64,000 nucleotides of DNA from Hydrolagus affinis (lineage: Eukaryota), in the NCBI GenBank assembly GCA_012026655.1, contig JAAILG010000190.1, positions 62,001-126,000 of the forward strand, in the 5' to 3' direction. The first letter of the stretch is position 1, and the number at the start of each line of letters is the position of its first letter. The position numbers and the translations under genes are program-made. The notes under the pieces are model-generated. The model was not told the DNA's origin. It was given only the letters and a program-made list of their open reading frames with translations, and searched no databases. Shown piece after piece: positions 12,781 to 26,017 of the stretch.

Positions 12781-13340
12781 TACTTTAAATAAAAAAAGCC
12801 AAATGAAGCTAGTCAGTTCATATTTTTTCTTATCCTACTGCTGCAGTAAAAGTAGTTTCTCTCTAAACTGTGGATTTTTCTTACATGATTATTTTCTGTC
12901 AGCTCAGTTCACATGAATCCTCCAGAGCAAGGACTTAATTGTGTACACTGCAGAACATACATTTTCTCGTTTAAAACCTGCCTGGCTCAGTAGAGAATTA
13001 AAAATCAGAGTCAATTAATAGTGCTCAGCAATTTAGCCTTTTGGATGGATCACTAAAAATTCCTTATATCTTGTCTTCCTCATTCAGTACATTTTTGGTC
13101 TATTTCAAAATTTAATATTTTAAATTGAATAAAAATAATTCCTAGTTTTCTCTCTCTTTTGTTTGAGCTGTATAATCTCTAGCAGTATCCTACGGCACAA
13201 TAACAATAATAATGGGGTGACCCAATCCTTGGGTCTTGCCAACGTGGGCCTAATATCTTTTGAGATTAGGTAAAACAATGGGAAGTTTCTGTGTATAGAT
13301 GGCTTGCATATGTGGAACTCTCTCTGGTTTGAATACTTTT

Positions 13341-13818
13341 AATAATAATAATAATCCTTGCATTTGATTTTCTCGTTCACGTCTTCTAGACGTCTCAAAG
13401 TGCTTCACAGAATAGACTATAAAGTGAAATTAACTGTATATTTGTAGGCGGAACGCAGCAGCCAATTGCATACAGTAGTGTCCCACAAACAGTTGTGGAT
13501 TGAAATTACCAATTTATTATTATTTTTGAGGGATTATTATCAGGCAGGTGGAGTAAGCAAACTTTTCACCCTGACCTATCTGGATTCAAACCCAGGTCTC
13601 TTGCTTGTAAGGTGAGTGCTCTAACCACCGAGCTACATAACTCCACAGGATTGAGTGACAAAATTATTATCGTTTTATGTTTTTAAAGATAATTATCCCC
13701 GGAAAAGTGATCCTCCAATGACTAGCAAACAGATTCCTACCTACTACAGAACTAGGTAAACAGAAGCCTGTGGAGTAAAAAAACTTGGCCAACATTTCAC
13801 CCTGTCGGGAATAGAACT
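13341..13818 (-). mobile_element. Full-length family A SINE (13341-13646) followed by a partial long-variant copy (13647-13818)
   Basis: Complete reverse-complement tail-body-head, then a second GGATTGAGTGAC..GGAGTAAAAAAACTTGGCC segment. Confidence 0.85.
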
Positions 13819-16800
13819 GTTGTAACTGTTGCATTTGAATAATATTGCTTCAAAATGTTTCCATAATACAATACAGTACTGCTGTGTGTGATACTGTGTT
13901 GTGGGAGCAAAACTGCATCCTAATCCGCGACCAAAGTCTGCAACATTAAAATGGATGTCAGCCTCAGTGATCATTTTAAACTGCAATAATCTTCCATTAC
14001 ATCCACAACTGTACAAAGGTCTCAGTTTGAAAGTTGTACTCAACTAATTGTTTCTTTACCGTAGTCTATCTAGAAAACCCCAAATTAAGTTAAACTCTAG
14101 ACTCGTCGTCTTATACGATTAGTATCCCGAACCCTGCAGAAAACAGCGCATAGTTCAAGACTCCTTTGCTATGAAAAAATACATTTGTATCCCAAAATGC
14201 AAATTCAAATAGCATTTTCCTGGCAATAAAAGCAGATCCAACTTCGCTTGTGAACAAGTAGGGCACAGTGCTGCCTCAGCCCCTTCCTCACTATGCAAAT
14301 CAGCAGGCAATCTCGTCATTTGTTTAGCACCTACTGTGGAATATAAAGTAGCCTCTGCCGTAACGTTAAGGTATTCAGCAGTTTCTGCTACGTCAGTGCA
14401 GTTGCCTATTTGCGTGACTTGTTCTCCGTTTGTCTATGTAATCTACACGGGTGTCCATTTACCTGACCATGACAGCGCCTTCCTCCTCAGTCTTCAGCAG
14501 AGATAATAATAATAATCGTGATCCATCAAGTAGTTTTCAGCTCAGCATCCAGACCCACCACCTCAGCAGTATCCTGGCTTATCAAACTGTGTATGGCAGG
14601 CTATTAACTTATTGAAAGACCTCAGCCGTGTTAATTATACAGCAACAGTTATTGGAGGAAGCAATGTGTTTACAAATTAATTCACACATGTGGAGATTGA
14701 GTAATTTTTGTCCCATAAAAACCCAATTTGGTTATAAAAATGGCCCTTTCTAAACAATTGATGATCAGAAGGCTCATTGAGATTTTGTTTTATTTTTGGA
14801 AGAAGGCGTACTCCTGAATCTCTGTATGTATTGTATAAATGGATATAAATACAGTAGTTGAAACTTGTAATCATAGTTGAATGCTGCTACTGTTCACATT
14901 ACTGGTTAACACTGTTACTTTGCTGACAAAGTATAACTTATGTTTGGATGCAAAGCGCAGTACATACCTGTAACATTTGAAAATAGTGGCTCAGTGCTTC
15001 AAAATGTTTCAGTTTTCTGTAAAGTTTGGTGAATACGTATTGGTAGGCGAAACACGGCAGCTAATTTACGCACAGCAATCTCCTATTAGCAATACAGCAT
15101 ACGTTTTATAAACAGAAAATGGAAATTTCTATTGTAACTGTCAATCAACCAATCCAAGAATTTTTGCTAAGACTGCATCTAAAACTGCTGCATAGATTAT
15201 ATTACTCATTACACATTAATAAAAGCAGATTTTCCAGCATGATGACCATTGGTTTTCTCAAATGAAATTCAATGTAGAAATGTGTTTCAAGGAAGTCTGA
15301 TTTTACATTTCAGTATCAGACATCACCATGATCCAGAATTTGTCAGTTTTAATGAGATGTCTCAGTTGATAACATTTCCTATCTTCTATTACTGACTGTA
15401 CCAGGTCAAGCTGCTTTGTTAATCGTGATAGATTCTGGTGACATTTTTTTTCTCTATTGCCGTCTGTTCCTCAATCAAAGAACAATTTTAATGTCTGCTA
15501 AAGTGATTTGTGTCATTTCCCCTGCCTTCCACTTCTCAACATGGGAGAATTAATGGCTTGAAGTGTAAGAGTCCCTCAAGGCAAACATTAAATGGACCAC
15601 CATACTGATGTGTTTTTCCTTTTAACTCTGTAAAACATGAATTAGCTCCAGCAAATTGCAATGATGGCTTTTTACAGCATACAACATTTGAACCATTTTT
15701 ATTTCAAAAACTGAAGTTGTCCTGTTTGGCCTGAGTGATTAAGCTATCAAATCAATCACAATGTAGCCTCTAACAAAAGTAACCGCAGAGTTCTCACGGA
15801 GCAGTCGTGAGAAGGATATATAACCATCAAAGGTTTAGATCCTTTCAAGGTTTAGATCCTCCAAGACGGCTGAGATTAGAGAATGATTATTTTCTTTCCA
15901 GATATCTCCGTTTGACCTGGTAACGCAAAATTCCCAGGGTTTTTGTCTCCGTCTTTGGAGACTCCTGTATTGCACTCCATGTGGTGTACAACAAATCCTA
16001 AATATCATGAAAGCAGATGGTGTAAGTAAGGTGCCAAATGACAGCAGTTTGGGAATTTCACTGCGACTCAGGAATGGATTTGAACACTGTCTCCAGTAAT
16101 AAAAATCTCGTCAGCAACTCTGGACCTAACATTCCCGTCATTGCCAACTTTAACAACAATATGGAACAAGCTGGAATGAGATCAGAGTTGGTGGTTTGAC
16201 CTCACCACTGACATAGTTGCAGTGAGAGCGTTAATGAAAAACCGCTATAAGTCTCGGTCTGTACAATCAGGGCTACACTCCAGATGTCAGAGGTGCTGCC
16301 ATGACCCAAATTGCAGGCACCGTTACCCTAATCACATGGCAGATAACATAAGACATGCTGAGTGTCGCACTCTTTCACCCTAGGACTGACCATCTTCCAT
16401 TGATGACTGAAGGAAGACAAGAGATAATATAATCCTTGTATAGCAAGTCTCCATTTGAAGCAGGCACAGGATGGCAAATAATAAAATTGGACCCCAGTCT
16501 GCCCTGTTGCCAGCTCACCTCTCCTTACACCCCCCCCCCCCCCACCCCGCCCCTCTGTGACTTTCCCCAGCTTTCCTCTGCAATACTGAAACCAGTATGT
16601 AATCTGTGCTGGTGCCTGCAGCAAATAGTGATGTTGATGGTCAGTACTGAGCTGTGGTGCTCCTTAGGTGCTGCAGGCAATCCACTGGCTTCTTGTTCTG
16701 AAGAGAAAAAAATACCGCGAGCAGATGGTACGCGATCAGTTCAAATGCACAAGAATCCATTTGGGTATTACACTGCCCTTATACAACTGAAACATTGTTG

Positions 16801-18249
16801 TTACATGTCCTTTGATGTGCATATATACAGTTAATGTTTTACTCTACAGGGCAATTCATATAACGTCTAAATAATATATTACCCACCTCTAATGTGATCT
16901 TCTTCTCCAAGGTCAGGTATCTCCTGCTTGCCTCCTAAATATGTAAGGCTTGTTCTGCTCCCTAGGTTGCTAGAGAAAGTCAGCTACTGCTGATATTTTG
17001 AGGGTTTAAACCAGCTCCAAAGAATTTAGCAGAATTTGGGGATTACACAAAATGCTTTTTATGCCCGAAGGGCTTGGTAAGAGAAAGACTCAGTTGCATT
17101 TGCAAACAAAACTCTTCACAGTGATATAATGAGAACTGGCAAGCTAAATTAACATTTGCCACAATAAAATCTATGCAGAGTACCCTTTCATGAGGGGTAC
17201 TGCAGTATCCCGATGACTGGATTGTTTATACTGTATGTTGGGAGTTTAACTATAAAACATAGATTGGTGGGACTGGTAACATTGGTACAGTATTCACAAA
17301 GCTGTTAGTGTTTGGTGTTCATTACATTACCAGAGAGCTTATTTAGCACAACATTGTTAGCGCTCTCACATTTTCATCGCGATTGGACGTTGCAAGGTAC
17401 CGAGTACGTGAAGACCTGCACCTTGTGTCATTATCAGGTCGCGAGCAGATCAAACTCAGTGGAAGTTCTACAGATTTTCTGATTACACAGATTATTAGAT
17501 GAGAACGATCTCATTTGAGCATCGCAATGGCTGCATCCTATTACTGGAGCAAACCTGTGGGAGGTCACAGCGGTGCAGTTGCTGTCACGCGCTCATCTTG
17601 TCATGCGTGGCAGGAATACAATATACAGTGAAATAATTAAATAAAGCCCTGCAGTGGCAGCTCTTCATCTGTGAAGGGATTATTAAACCTCAACAAGCTT
17701 CCTCGTGTTGACGTATGCTGATCTGACTCGGGCTGTTTGCAAGCACCTCAGTCTCGGCTATCTCACTTAATGTATCCGTGTGCAGGTAAACTGAGTTAAC
17801 ACAGGACAACGCCGTTTCACCCACAAAATATACAATTCATGTTACTGTATATTCTGTGAGGCACTTTGAGACGTCTCGAATCGTGGTAATATAGCAAGGC
17901 GTTGTGGCAAATTCAAGGAATATTATTATTGCATATTTTTTCACTTCTTGAAATCCTCGCCCTTTTCATCCTTTTTCACCGCCACCCTTCCAAATTGCAA
18001 AATTGCACGATTCACAAATTGTAACATATAATAGTCAAGCACAGACGTTGCAAAGCAAAGCTATTTAAACCTTAAAAAATGAAGCCGTTTTTCAACTGTT
18101 TTGTCATTGGTCCATTAACTGTTTGCAATGGGGGTCTATATGAATTGACCTTCCGACAGCACACTTGAAAGAAAAGCTCCTTTTCTTAGAACAAATGAAT
18201 AACCTCTCTGGTGACTTTTTCCAAAACAAGCTGTGCTGTAGTAAACAGG

Positions 18250-19260
18250 CATAAATACAGAGAGCTGGAGCTGCACAGCAAGCTAATCAACTATCTGAAA
18301 AGAGAGGTGACGATATTGAGCGTGACCCTGTATCAGAACTAAAACTGAACTGGTGAAGTCCCTTTATAGGGCTGAAGCACACGAGTTGGCCAAGAAAGCA
18401 AGCCATTAGAAATAAACTAATTTGATACTACCAAGACCACTCATAAAGAGCAAAATGCCTAATTAATAGAATACAAAATATTGAAAAGATTGTAAGTGGT
18501 ACTTCTAAACAGAAGTCAAAAACACAAGGCAAAGCATAACAACAACAAAATTACATTTGTAATGTCTTTCACATTGGGAGGACGTCCCAAGGCACTGAAG
18601 TGGTAAGCGGGAGAAGAGAAAGAAAGTGTTGGAAAACCAAACCTGAGGTAGCTGTGAAAATAAAGGAGACGGCTAAGATTTGAAGATGTTAAATTGAATA
18701 TTCACATCAGGTGGACTGAAGAGCCTTCGAGTAGAAGAGAAATTTCTCCTGAAGTTTGAGTCCCGCTTGGCTGGAGAAGTGTAGAAAGCTAAGGACAGAG
18801 AGGTAAGAATAGGATGAGGGAATTGGTAATAATAATGCATGATTCTAATATAGCGCTTTATGTTGAAACATCCAAAGATGTTATGACTGTATATCTGTAG
18901 ATGAACATAGCAGCCAATTTGCATACAGCAAAATACTGCAAATAGCCAGTCAAAGGGAAGAAAAGAGAGGAAAAGCTCATGTTTATGTATGAGCTGCTCA
19001 GCAAAAGAGGTCCAATTCTGCACCTGGAATTCATTGATATAGAAGCTACAATGCAGACATTGAATGCTGTACAGTACTGTGCATGAGATTGGAGGTGGTG
19101 CGAGTGCATAGCTAGTCAAAAAACATGACAATTCTGTTAAGGAACATGGACGATGAACATTAGCGAAAAAGAAAGGGGCAGCCACTACATCCACTGCTAT
19201 TTCATTCTGGAACCTTCCTGCACTGTAGACACAACTTGTTTCTGTCACTGAGGACTCCAA
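18250..19260 (-). mobile_element. Degraded Penelope-like retroelement (GIY-YIG endonuclease region), interrupted by an L2 tail (~18537-18600) and a SINE tail (~18826-18930)
   Basis: ORF 18673-19260 contains VLYSIQCLHCSFYINE (GIY-YIG-like VYxIxCxxC..YIGE), SFAEQL (RFxEH-like) and C-terminal PPDVNIQFNIF (P.GLN.EF-like). 18250-18340 resembles a Penelope terminal-repeat motif. Confidence 0.7.
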
Positions 19261-20249
19261 TTTACAACCAGTGTCAACATGAGATTGTAAGGATGTGGTT
19301 GAAAGGTGTTCTGAAGCAATGGAAAGCCCAAATTAGTTTATATTGAAAATATAGTAGTTTTGTTTGAGCTATTGAAATCAATCAAATTCAAGCATAATTC
19401 AGCCAACCACTTATTTCTAGGCAATAGTGGTTGTATTGCACTGTGAGAGTCAATGTAAATATTTATTTTAAAGATATACTGTATTCCCAGGCAGGAAGGG
19501 TGAGCAATCTGCAATCTTATGACAACAGTGAACTCAATAGTGTTGATGTTACCATGTTGCAGTCCAGTTTGACACAACAGGAGGGTAACTAAAACCGAAC
19601 AGCGATGTCCATTTGCCTGATCACTGTCACTAAAAACTGCAGACTTGCTCCTTTATAATTACCCAAACCAGCTGGTCCAATGGTCCTACATTAAAGGCGG
19701 CATGATTGCGTAAACCGAAAATGTCATAATATTCCCTTTTATTAATCTGAATTGTCGTAGCATATTTTCCCATTCTAACGGGCGTCTCTACATTTGCCAT
19801 CACTGATCCACCTCAATCTGATCTTGGACTGGAAGATTATCACTATCAGTTTGATAAAATATTATATAAACAGTATGACATCTCATTTGCATTTACCTTC
19901 CACCAGCTCTCACCCTTGTCTGTAACTGTCATCAACTACTGACACAGCAAGACTGTAAGAGTGAGTCCCTACAGAAGGTATATATCTTAACGATAGGTTT
20001 TGATGTTTTATATGAATTTTAAAAAATGCTTTGTTGGTTTATTTGTATTCTAAGATGCCTGTCACATAAAATACCATCATTAACAGTGATAACAGTAATC
20101 TGCAGGACATGATACAGAGGTTAATTGGAATAACCAATTTCAATAATAAATTTTTAAACATGGAATATTTTTACACTAGTTATAGCAACTCTAGCAATTA
20201 TCATTTAGAGCTGTATGGAAGGCATGCTAAAAAAAACAAAGTCAATCTA

Positions 20250-20543
20250 CAAACGTTTGCAGGACACTGCTGTGTACAATTGGCTGCTGCGTTTCGCCTA
20301 CAAACTCTACAGTCCATTAACTTTACAGTATATTGATAATAATCCTAGCATTTGATATTGCGCCTTGTCACATCAGCGAGACATCTCAAAGAATTTCACG
20401 GAATATACTCTAAATTCTGTGAAACGCTTTGTGACGTCTCGAAGATGTGATGAGGTGCTATCTGCCCCACTGCTCTTATCCCTATCTAACTGTACAGAGC
20501 TTTGGACATGCTCTTGACGTGAAAGATGCTATATAAATATAAG

Positions 20544-20586
<43 letters not shown>

Positions 20587-20612
20587 AACAATTGCAAGGA
20601 TTATTATTATTC
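20250..20612 (+). mobile_element. Family A SINE with two nested insertions: an inverted SINE tail (~20336-20413) and an L2 tail ending in (TTGA)n (~20463-20587)
   Basis: SINE body is split at CAGTATATT|..|TTCTGTGAAACGC and again at GCTATC|..|AATTGCAAGGATTATTATT. Confidence 0.75.
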
Positions 20613-21206
20613 CTATATTGAATATTAGATGTTTTTGCTCACTCATAGGATTTTCTTTCTTCACAGCTTGCATAATTCAGAGTTTAGATTGACACAGAGG
20701 AATTCTCAGTTATTCTGCCAAACACTGCCACAAAGGCCTGTATCTGACACATACAAGTACACACTCCAGACACTTTTTTCCTCTAATCGCTGTATTCGGC
20801 ATCCAGCCACATAAAGTGCTGCATTTTCTTTCCATTGCACACAGAGATGCAACGACAACTTGTATTTGTATAGCGCCCCTCACGCAGGTGTTAATTGTTC
20901 TGATACAAAGAACAATTAACAACTGTACGAGCAGAGGCTGGATTCTTAAATGTGACTAAAAGTGTCCCATTTTGGGAAAATGGCATTTGAAATCTTGAAA
21001 TGAGTAATCAAGTAAAAGTGCTTTGTGCAACTGAGTCAAAAGGGACTGCCTTTTCACTTTAAGGTCTGTTTGAAACAGCTCTCTCATGAGAGCTCATTAA
21101 AACAGAATATTAAATGTAGATATGAACTAAAAGCACATAACCATATAATGCGGTACTGTTGTTGCATGCAGATTGGAAAGGAAATTCAAAACAGCACCAG
21201 AAGAAA

Positions 21207-21306
21207 NNNNNNNNNNNNNNNNNNNNNNNNNNNNNNNNNNNNNNNNNNNNNNNNNNNNNNNNNNNNNNNNNNNNNNNNNNNNNNNNNNNNNNNNNNNNNN
21301 NNNNNN
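21207..21306. other. Assembly gap (100 N)
   Basis: Run of N. Confidence 1.
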
Positions 21307-23139
21307 TTTAAAATTACCCTTAACACAGATTGCCCCATGAAAAACGTATTGGACACTTTAAAAAAAATACGTACAAGCTGTATAGTCTAGCTCTATCATA
21401 TGTCTGTCCATCTCTTTCATTTCCAATAGATGGGGCAAAGAATAATTATCTCTCTCTCTCTCTCTGACAATTTATACTGCATTTTGCCCACAAAAAATAG
21501 TCAATTCACTTTACAGTTTACTCTGTGAAACGCTTTGAGACATCTAGAAGACACGAAAAGCGCTATATCAAATGTAAGGATTTTTATCATCATTTGTAGG
21601 TCTGTTAAGTTCCCACCAGACCATGTAATGTCCTTACAATGCCCCACCCATTCTATCTTCTGGGGTGACGTTTTCCTCAAACACTCTCTGAACCTCAAAA
21701 CCAATCACAAAAAACATCAGATTATTCATTCATTCCTTGGTCTCTACTCTTCAGATTCAGTCTCCTATCCTCTGCAGATATCCCCCACCCCCACCCTCAC
21801 CTGTCAAACAGAAACCAGTTTGGGGGTGAAAATGTCTTATTCCTGCTGATACATAGAAATGTATTGGATAAATGGTGGCCATTACACCATCCACTCTGCA
21901 TCAGTGTTTATTGAATCCATTGCCTTGCCGTATTCCCATACCCATTCAAGCCTTTAACCTTCATATACTATATCTATTTAGCTTTATAGTTAGTACTCTC
22001 TAATTTAAGTTTTATACTCAATCAAATAACCTTATATCCACACGATTTATGCTTTTTGGAAGTTCTGCGTGGGAGTTGAATGCACACTTATTCTTAAAAA
22101 TGAGGGTATGTGTGTGTTTGCGGGAGGGGGGCGAGAGGAGGAAGGACGTATTGTAATTACAATGGGACTTTGATTATCTGCCATCTTGTTTATCTAACAA
22201 TTGGTCTGTATTGATAGTGTGTGAACCTCTGTATGTGTAATGGATAGTAGGAAGAATCAATAGATTGTGATCCTACTAAATCACGACATGAAAATAACCT
22301 GCCTCAGGTCTGCCTCTTCCATATACAGTCCCTGCTGAGGAAGCTGACTTTCTGTCAGGAGTGAAGACAAGATGGATATGAAATTAGTGCTGATTGATGT
22401 TGGATTCTGTCTGCAAACTGACCAGCTACCTGCGGCGTTCGTCTCCAGTATTGGATGATTCGTGGGATGATTCGTGACACAACCAGTTTGTGACCTACCA
22501 TCCAGCTGCCCATGAGCTTGAGTCCCGCAGTTCCAGTCCATTCAATTGGCAAGGTTGGCTGAGTCTCACAAATCGGCAACTGAGAATCATTGGGGTGAAA
22601 TGTATTTCTGAAGCACATACTTTCAATTCCCAGGCAGGAGAAACAAAGCTAGTGCTTTCCCTTCTTGTCTCTATATATCCCCCTTCCCCCCCCCCCCACC
22701 CCCACCCCTCCATGGCTCCTGCTGTCCAATTACAAATAGCATTGGCAATTTTCAATGAAAAATTGGGAACTTGGCTATGAAAGGAGAGGATGTAGAGATG
22801 GGCAGCCCGTGAAAGATTCAGAATTAAACTCAATTAAATTAAAAAAAATTAACTCTAGGAATGGAATTTATATTTTTTTAAAAGAAAGGAAATTGCCCCT
22901 GAAAGTGCTCAATTTACCATTGCATTTAAATTTTATGTCTGGTAAACAATGAGGTTAAAATTACTCAACAAAGACAAATATAAAATGAGCATTTCAAGCT
23001 GTAGCATTTTGTCCAAAGGATTAAGCACTAATATTTGAAACAGAGAAACTTTTTTTACCCTGATTATCCAGCGACCGCCGTAATTTGAAGTTGTAATTTG
23101 AAGTTGTGTTACTTTCTGTCCTGCTCATAAATAGCCCCA

Positions 23140-23330
23140 ATTAAGTAAACCTCCAGAACCTAGGTCACACTTCAAGGTGGAGAAAAATCTCCTCCGATTG
23201 GAAGTGAGGTACACCTCTCCACAGTGGTGGGTATCTGGAACAGGCTCCCAACTGATACCGTCTGTGTAGATAGTACTTACTTTTCAAGAGAAGCTTAGGC
23301 AGATTTTGCAGAGACGAATGAAGTGGCAGC
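23140..23330 (+). mobile_element. Degraded CR1-clade LINE ORF2 C-terminal fragment
   Basis: AGAACCTAGGTCACACTTCAAGG...GTGGTGGGTATCTGGAACAGGCTCCCA (RGH.. / VVGIWNRLP-like). Confidence 0.5.
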
Positions 23331-24944
23331 TACAGATAGAAGCCTAAAAGCCTACAGAAGCCTAAAAGTACTGCACTAACATTGCTATCAGCAGTCAGAC
23401 AGTGAATAAGGTCTTATTTGTCCCACTACCTTTGGGAGTTGCTCAGGAACTGTCTCCAGTAGTAATTCAAGATTTGGTTGGGAAGTGAAATGCAGCAATT
23501 ATTTTATTAAGCCGTTTTTTCTGCCCTGTTCTTACTATTTGTCCAGGGAGGGGAAATAAGTGGAGCTCAATGGAGCTGAGATGGCTCCAAACAATCTGCT
23601 TGGCAGTTTTAGAATTGAGTCAATCATCTGTGGAAGTCTTAAGTAGTCCACTTCTGAGGCAGGACACCAGGGCACTACTGTTGAAAGACTAGCCAGCTTG
23701 GGTCATAGGCAGGCCTGGAGGGGCAGACTGGGAGCAGGCATATTCCCTGGGAGTCACTGGGAGCAGGGATTTCCACGCAGCTCCTGCTAACCCATGAAGC
23801 CAAAACCCTAACAGCGAAGGAGCTCTTGCAGTTATTTTTCATTTCCAAATGTTCTTCATATCTTAGCTACAATCACAAATGCTTTTATTGCTGTCTTTTA
23901 ATGAAATATTTGAGGGTCCAATTGGTTATAAAGGTGAAGAACTGTTCTGGACTAAGGCTGTTGCAAAAGTGAATGTTAATGGGACCAGTCGCCTTTGAAA
24001 CAGTGATCTTCTCTCCCTTGATGAGCTCAGTTGGTAAAGTCTTGGGTTTGATATACTCTGTGCTGGGTTAGCTGATCTCAGCTCAGGCATCAGTAATAAT
24101 AATAATCCATATATGCCTTATCACGTCTTCGAGTTATCTCAAAGCGCTTCACAAAAAAATACTGTAAAGTGAATTGACCGTGCATTTTGCGGGCGATGTG
24201 GGGCAGCCAAATGCGCACACCATTAGGAACACCATAGTACTTCCAGCAAGGTTTGCAAAAATCAACGACCCTTCCCATTCTTTTCTGATTTTCAGGGAAA
24301 AGTTGGAAAGTGTTTTTTTTTGTGGTTGTCGGATGAAGACAAGATCGGTTTTGATAGTGATTTGGATACAAATGTCGACAAGAAGGAAATTAAATCTCTG
24401 TGAGGAATTGCGTCTGCAGTTATCTCTACAGAGTGTACAGGAGAATTTCTCCCGTCCCGTTGAGGTATTCTGCCAGCGGTGACTGGGATTAATTTACAGT
24501 ATTTTGTACCTTGATCCGTGCTCCCTTGTAGCTCTCCAATTTTGGGAAACCCTTCTATTTTGATCCAGAATCCAATTACAAGACTATTATTTATCCAATC
24601 CGGGGGAATGCAATCTGCTAAGTACAGCATTGTATATCCTTCAAAGGTCACCTTTTTTAAGAAACAAAAATTGATTTCTGATGAAATGTTACAGTATTTC
24701 TTTTTAAAAATAAATGGGCACTTTACTAAATACATCACCAGCTTCCTGAAATAACAGCTGAAAACATGTGCGCACGTGCGGGTGTGCCCATCACTCCAGT
24801 CGCTATGCAATGTCCTTGCTGCAATGTCTGTGTTTACTCACTACACTGGAGTGACTGACTGATTGATGGCAGCTTGAACCCCAAACTTTCTGATCCCCAT
24901 TGTCGAAATGTAATACATTTATTGCACAGTATTTGGGACCAGCT

Positions 24945-25250
24945 TGATTCTATTGTTGATTCTATCTCAACACTAGTTCAGAAGGGTTCAGGTTCAAGTG
25001 CCATATTGGCACTTGGACTTGGCAGTTCAGGTTGTCACTCCAGTGCAGTGCTGGGGTTGTGCTGGATTGTCAGAGGCACCATCTTTCTTCATATGAGAAG
25101 TTAAACTGAGGTCCTGTCGGCCTGTGGATGTTAAGGATGTCGTAACATTATTTGAAAACGTCGCTTCTTATTATTCTTTTCATAAAATACATCATTCCCT
25201 TTGTGGCTATTTGTACCTTGTTTTCCTACAAATATACTTGAGAACAATGA
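24945..25250 (+). mobile_element. Old Deu-domain SINE (SacSINE1-like)
   Basis: TCAGAAGGGTTCAGGTTCAAGTGCC...CACTCCAGTGCAGTGCTG...TGTCAGAGGCACCATCTTT..ATGAGAAGTTAAACTGAGG..GGATGTTAAGGAT. Confidence 0.65.
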
Positions 25251-25706
25251 GATGTTTCAAAATGATGGTTCTACCTATATGAAAGGATAATTAGGAACAA
25301 ATGCCTTTATCTGCTGTATCACAGTTCTCACTTTTGCTTTAATGCATTTGCTAAATGACTGCCTGTTATTGTTATCAGGACTCTATTAATGAACCAACCT
25401 TATGACTCAGATACGACTCAGATAATTTTTTTTAAATCCACTGATCCATTAATGCGTATGTATTCATTGTAAACCAGAGAGAGGATCATTAGCATTTTAA
25501 GTGGAAAAAGGTTGTCGTCAATATTAAAACACTTAAGCAAGGAATCTACAAGCCACCCAAAAAAAGGGTTTAATTTTTATTAATTACAAAGTCAATTGCT
25601 GCCTTCACTGGAAACACTCAATCATAAAGTTAACATAATACTTATGTTGGTGTAGGCAAAAAACTGAATAAAACTATCCATGATAAAATTTTCATTCTAG
25701 GTTGTT

Positions 25707-26017
25707 GTGGAGTCCTAAAGCTCAGTGGTTAGAGCATTCACCTTACAAGTGAGAGACGTAGGTTCGATTCCAAGCAAGACAAAACCGTGGGCAAGTTTCC
25801 TTACTCCACACGCCTGATAATAATCCCCCAAGAAAAAAAAAAAAATTGGTAATTTCAATCCACAACTATTTGTAGGACACTGCTGTACGCAATTGGCTGC
25901 TGCGTTTCGCCCACAAATATAGTCAATTCACTTTACAATATATTCTGTGAAGTGCTTTTGACACGTCTACAAGACATGAAAAACCGCATATCAAATGCAA
26001 GGATTATTATTATTATT
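25707..26017 (+). mobile_element. Full-length family A SINE
   Basis: A-box AGCTCAGTGG, B-box GGTTCGATTCC, complete body and (ATT)n tail. Confidence 0.92.

Noticed and set aside
17175-17202. Short hairpin AGTACCCT-TTCATG-AGGGGTACT
   Set aside because: Too short and imperfect to exceed chance in 64 kb.
22281-22620. GC-richer block with overlapping ORFs and possible splice sites in intron 2
   Set aside because: No recognisable protein similarity in any frame and no support for an exon.
25707-25785. tRNA-like sequences with A/B boxes (also 2875, 63557 and others)
   Set aside because: These are SINE heads continuous with the SINE body. The acceptor stem is not intact, so they are not tRNA genes.
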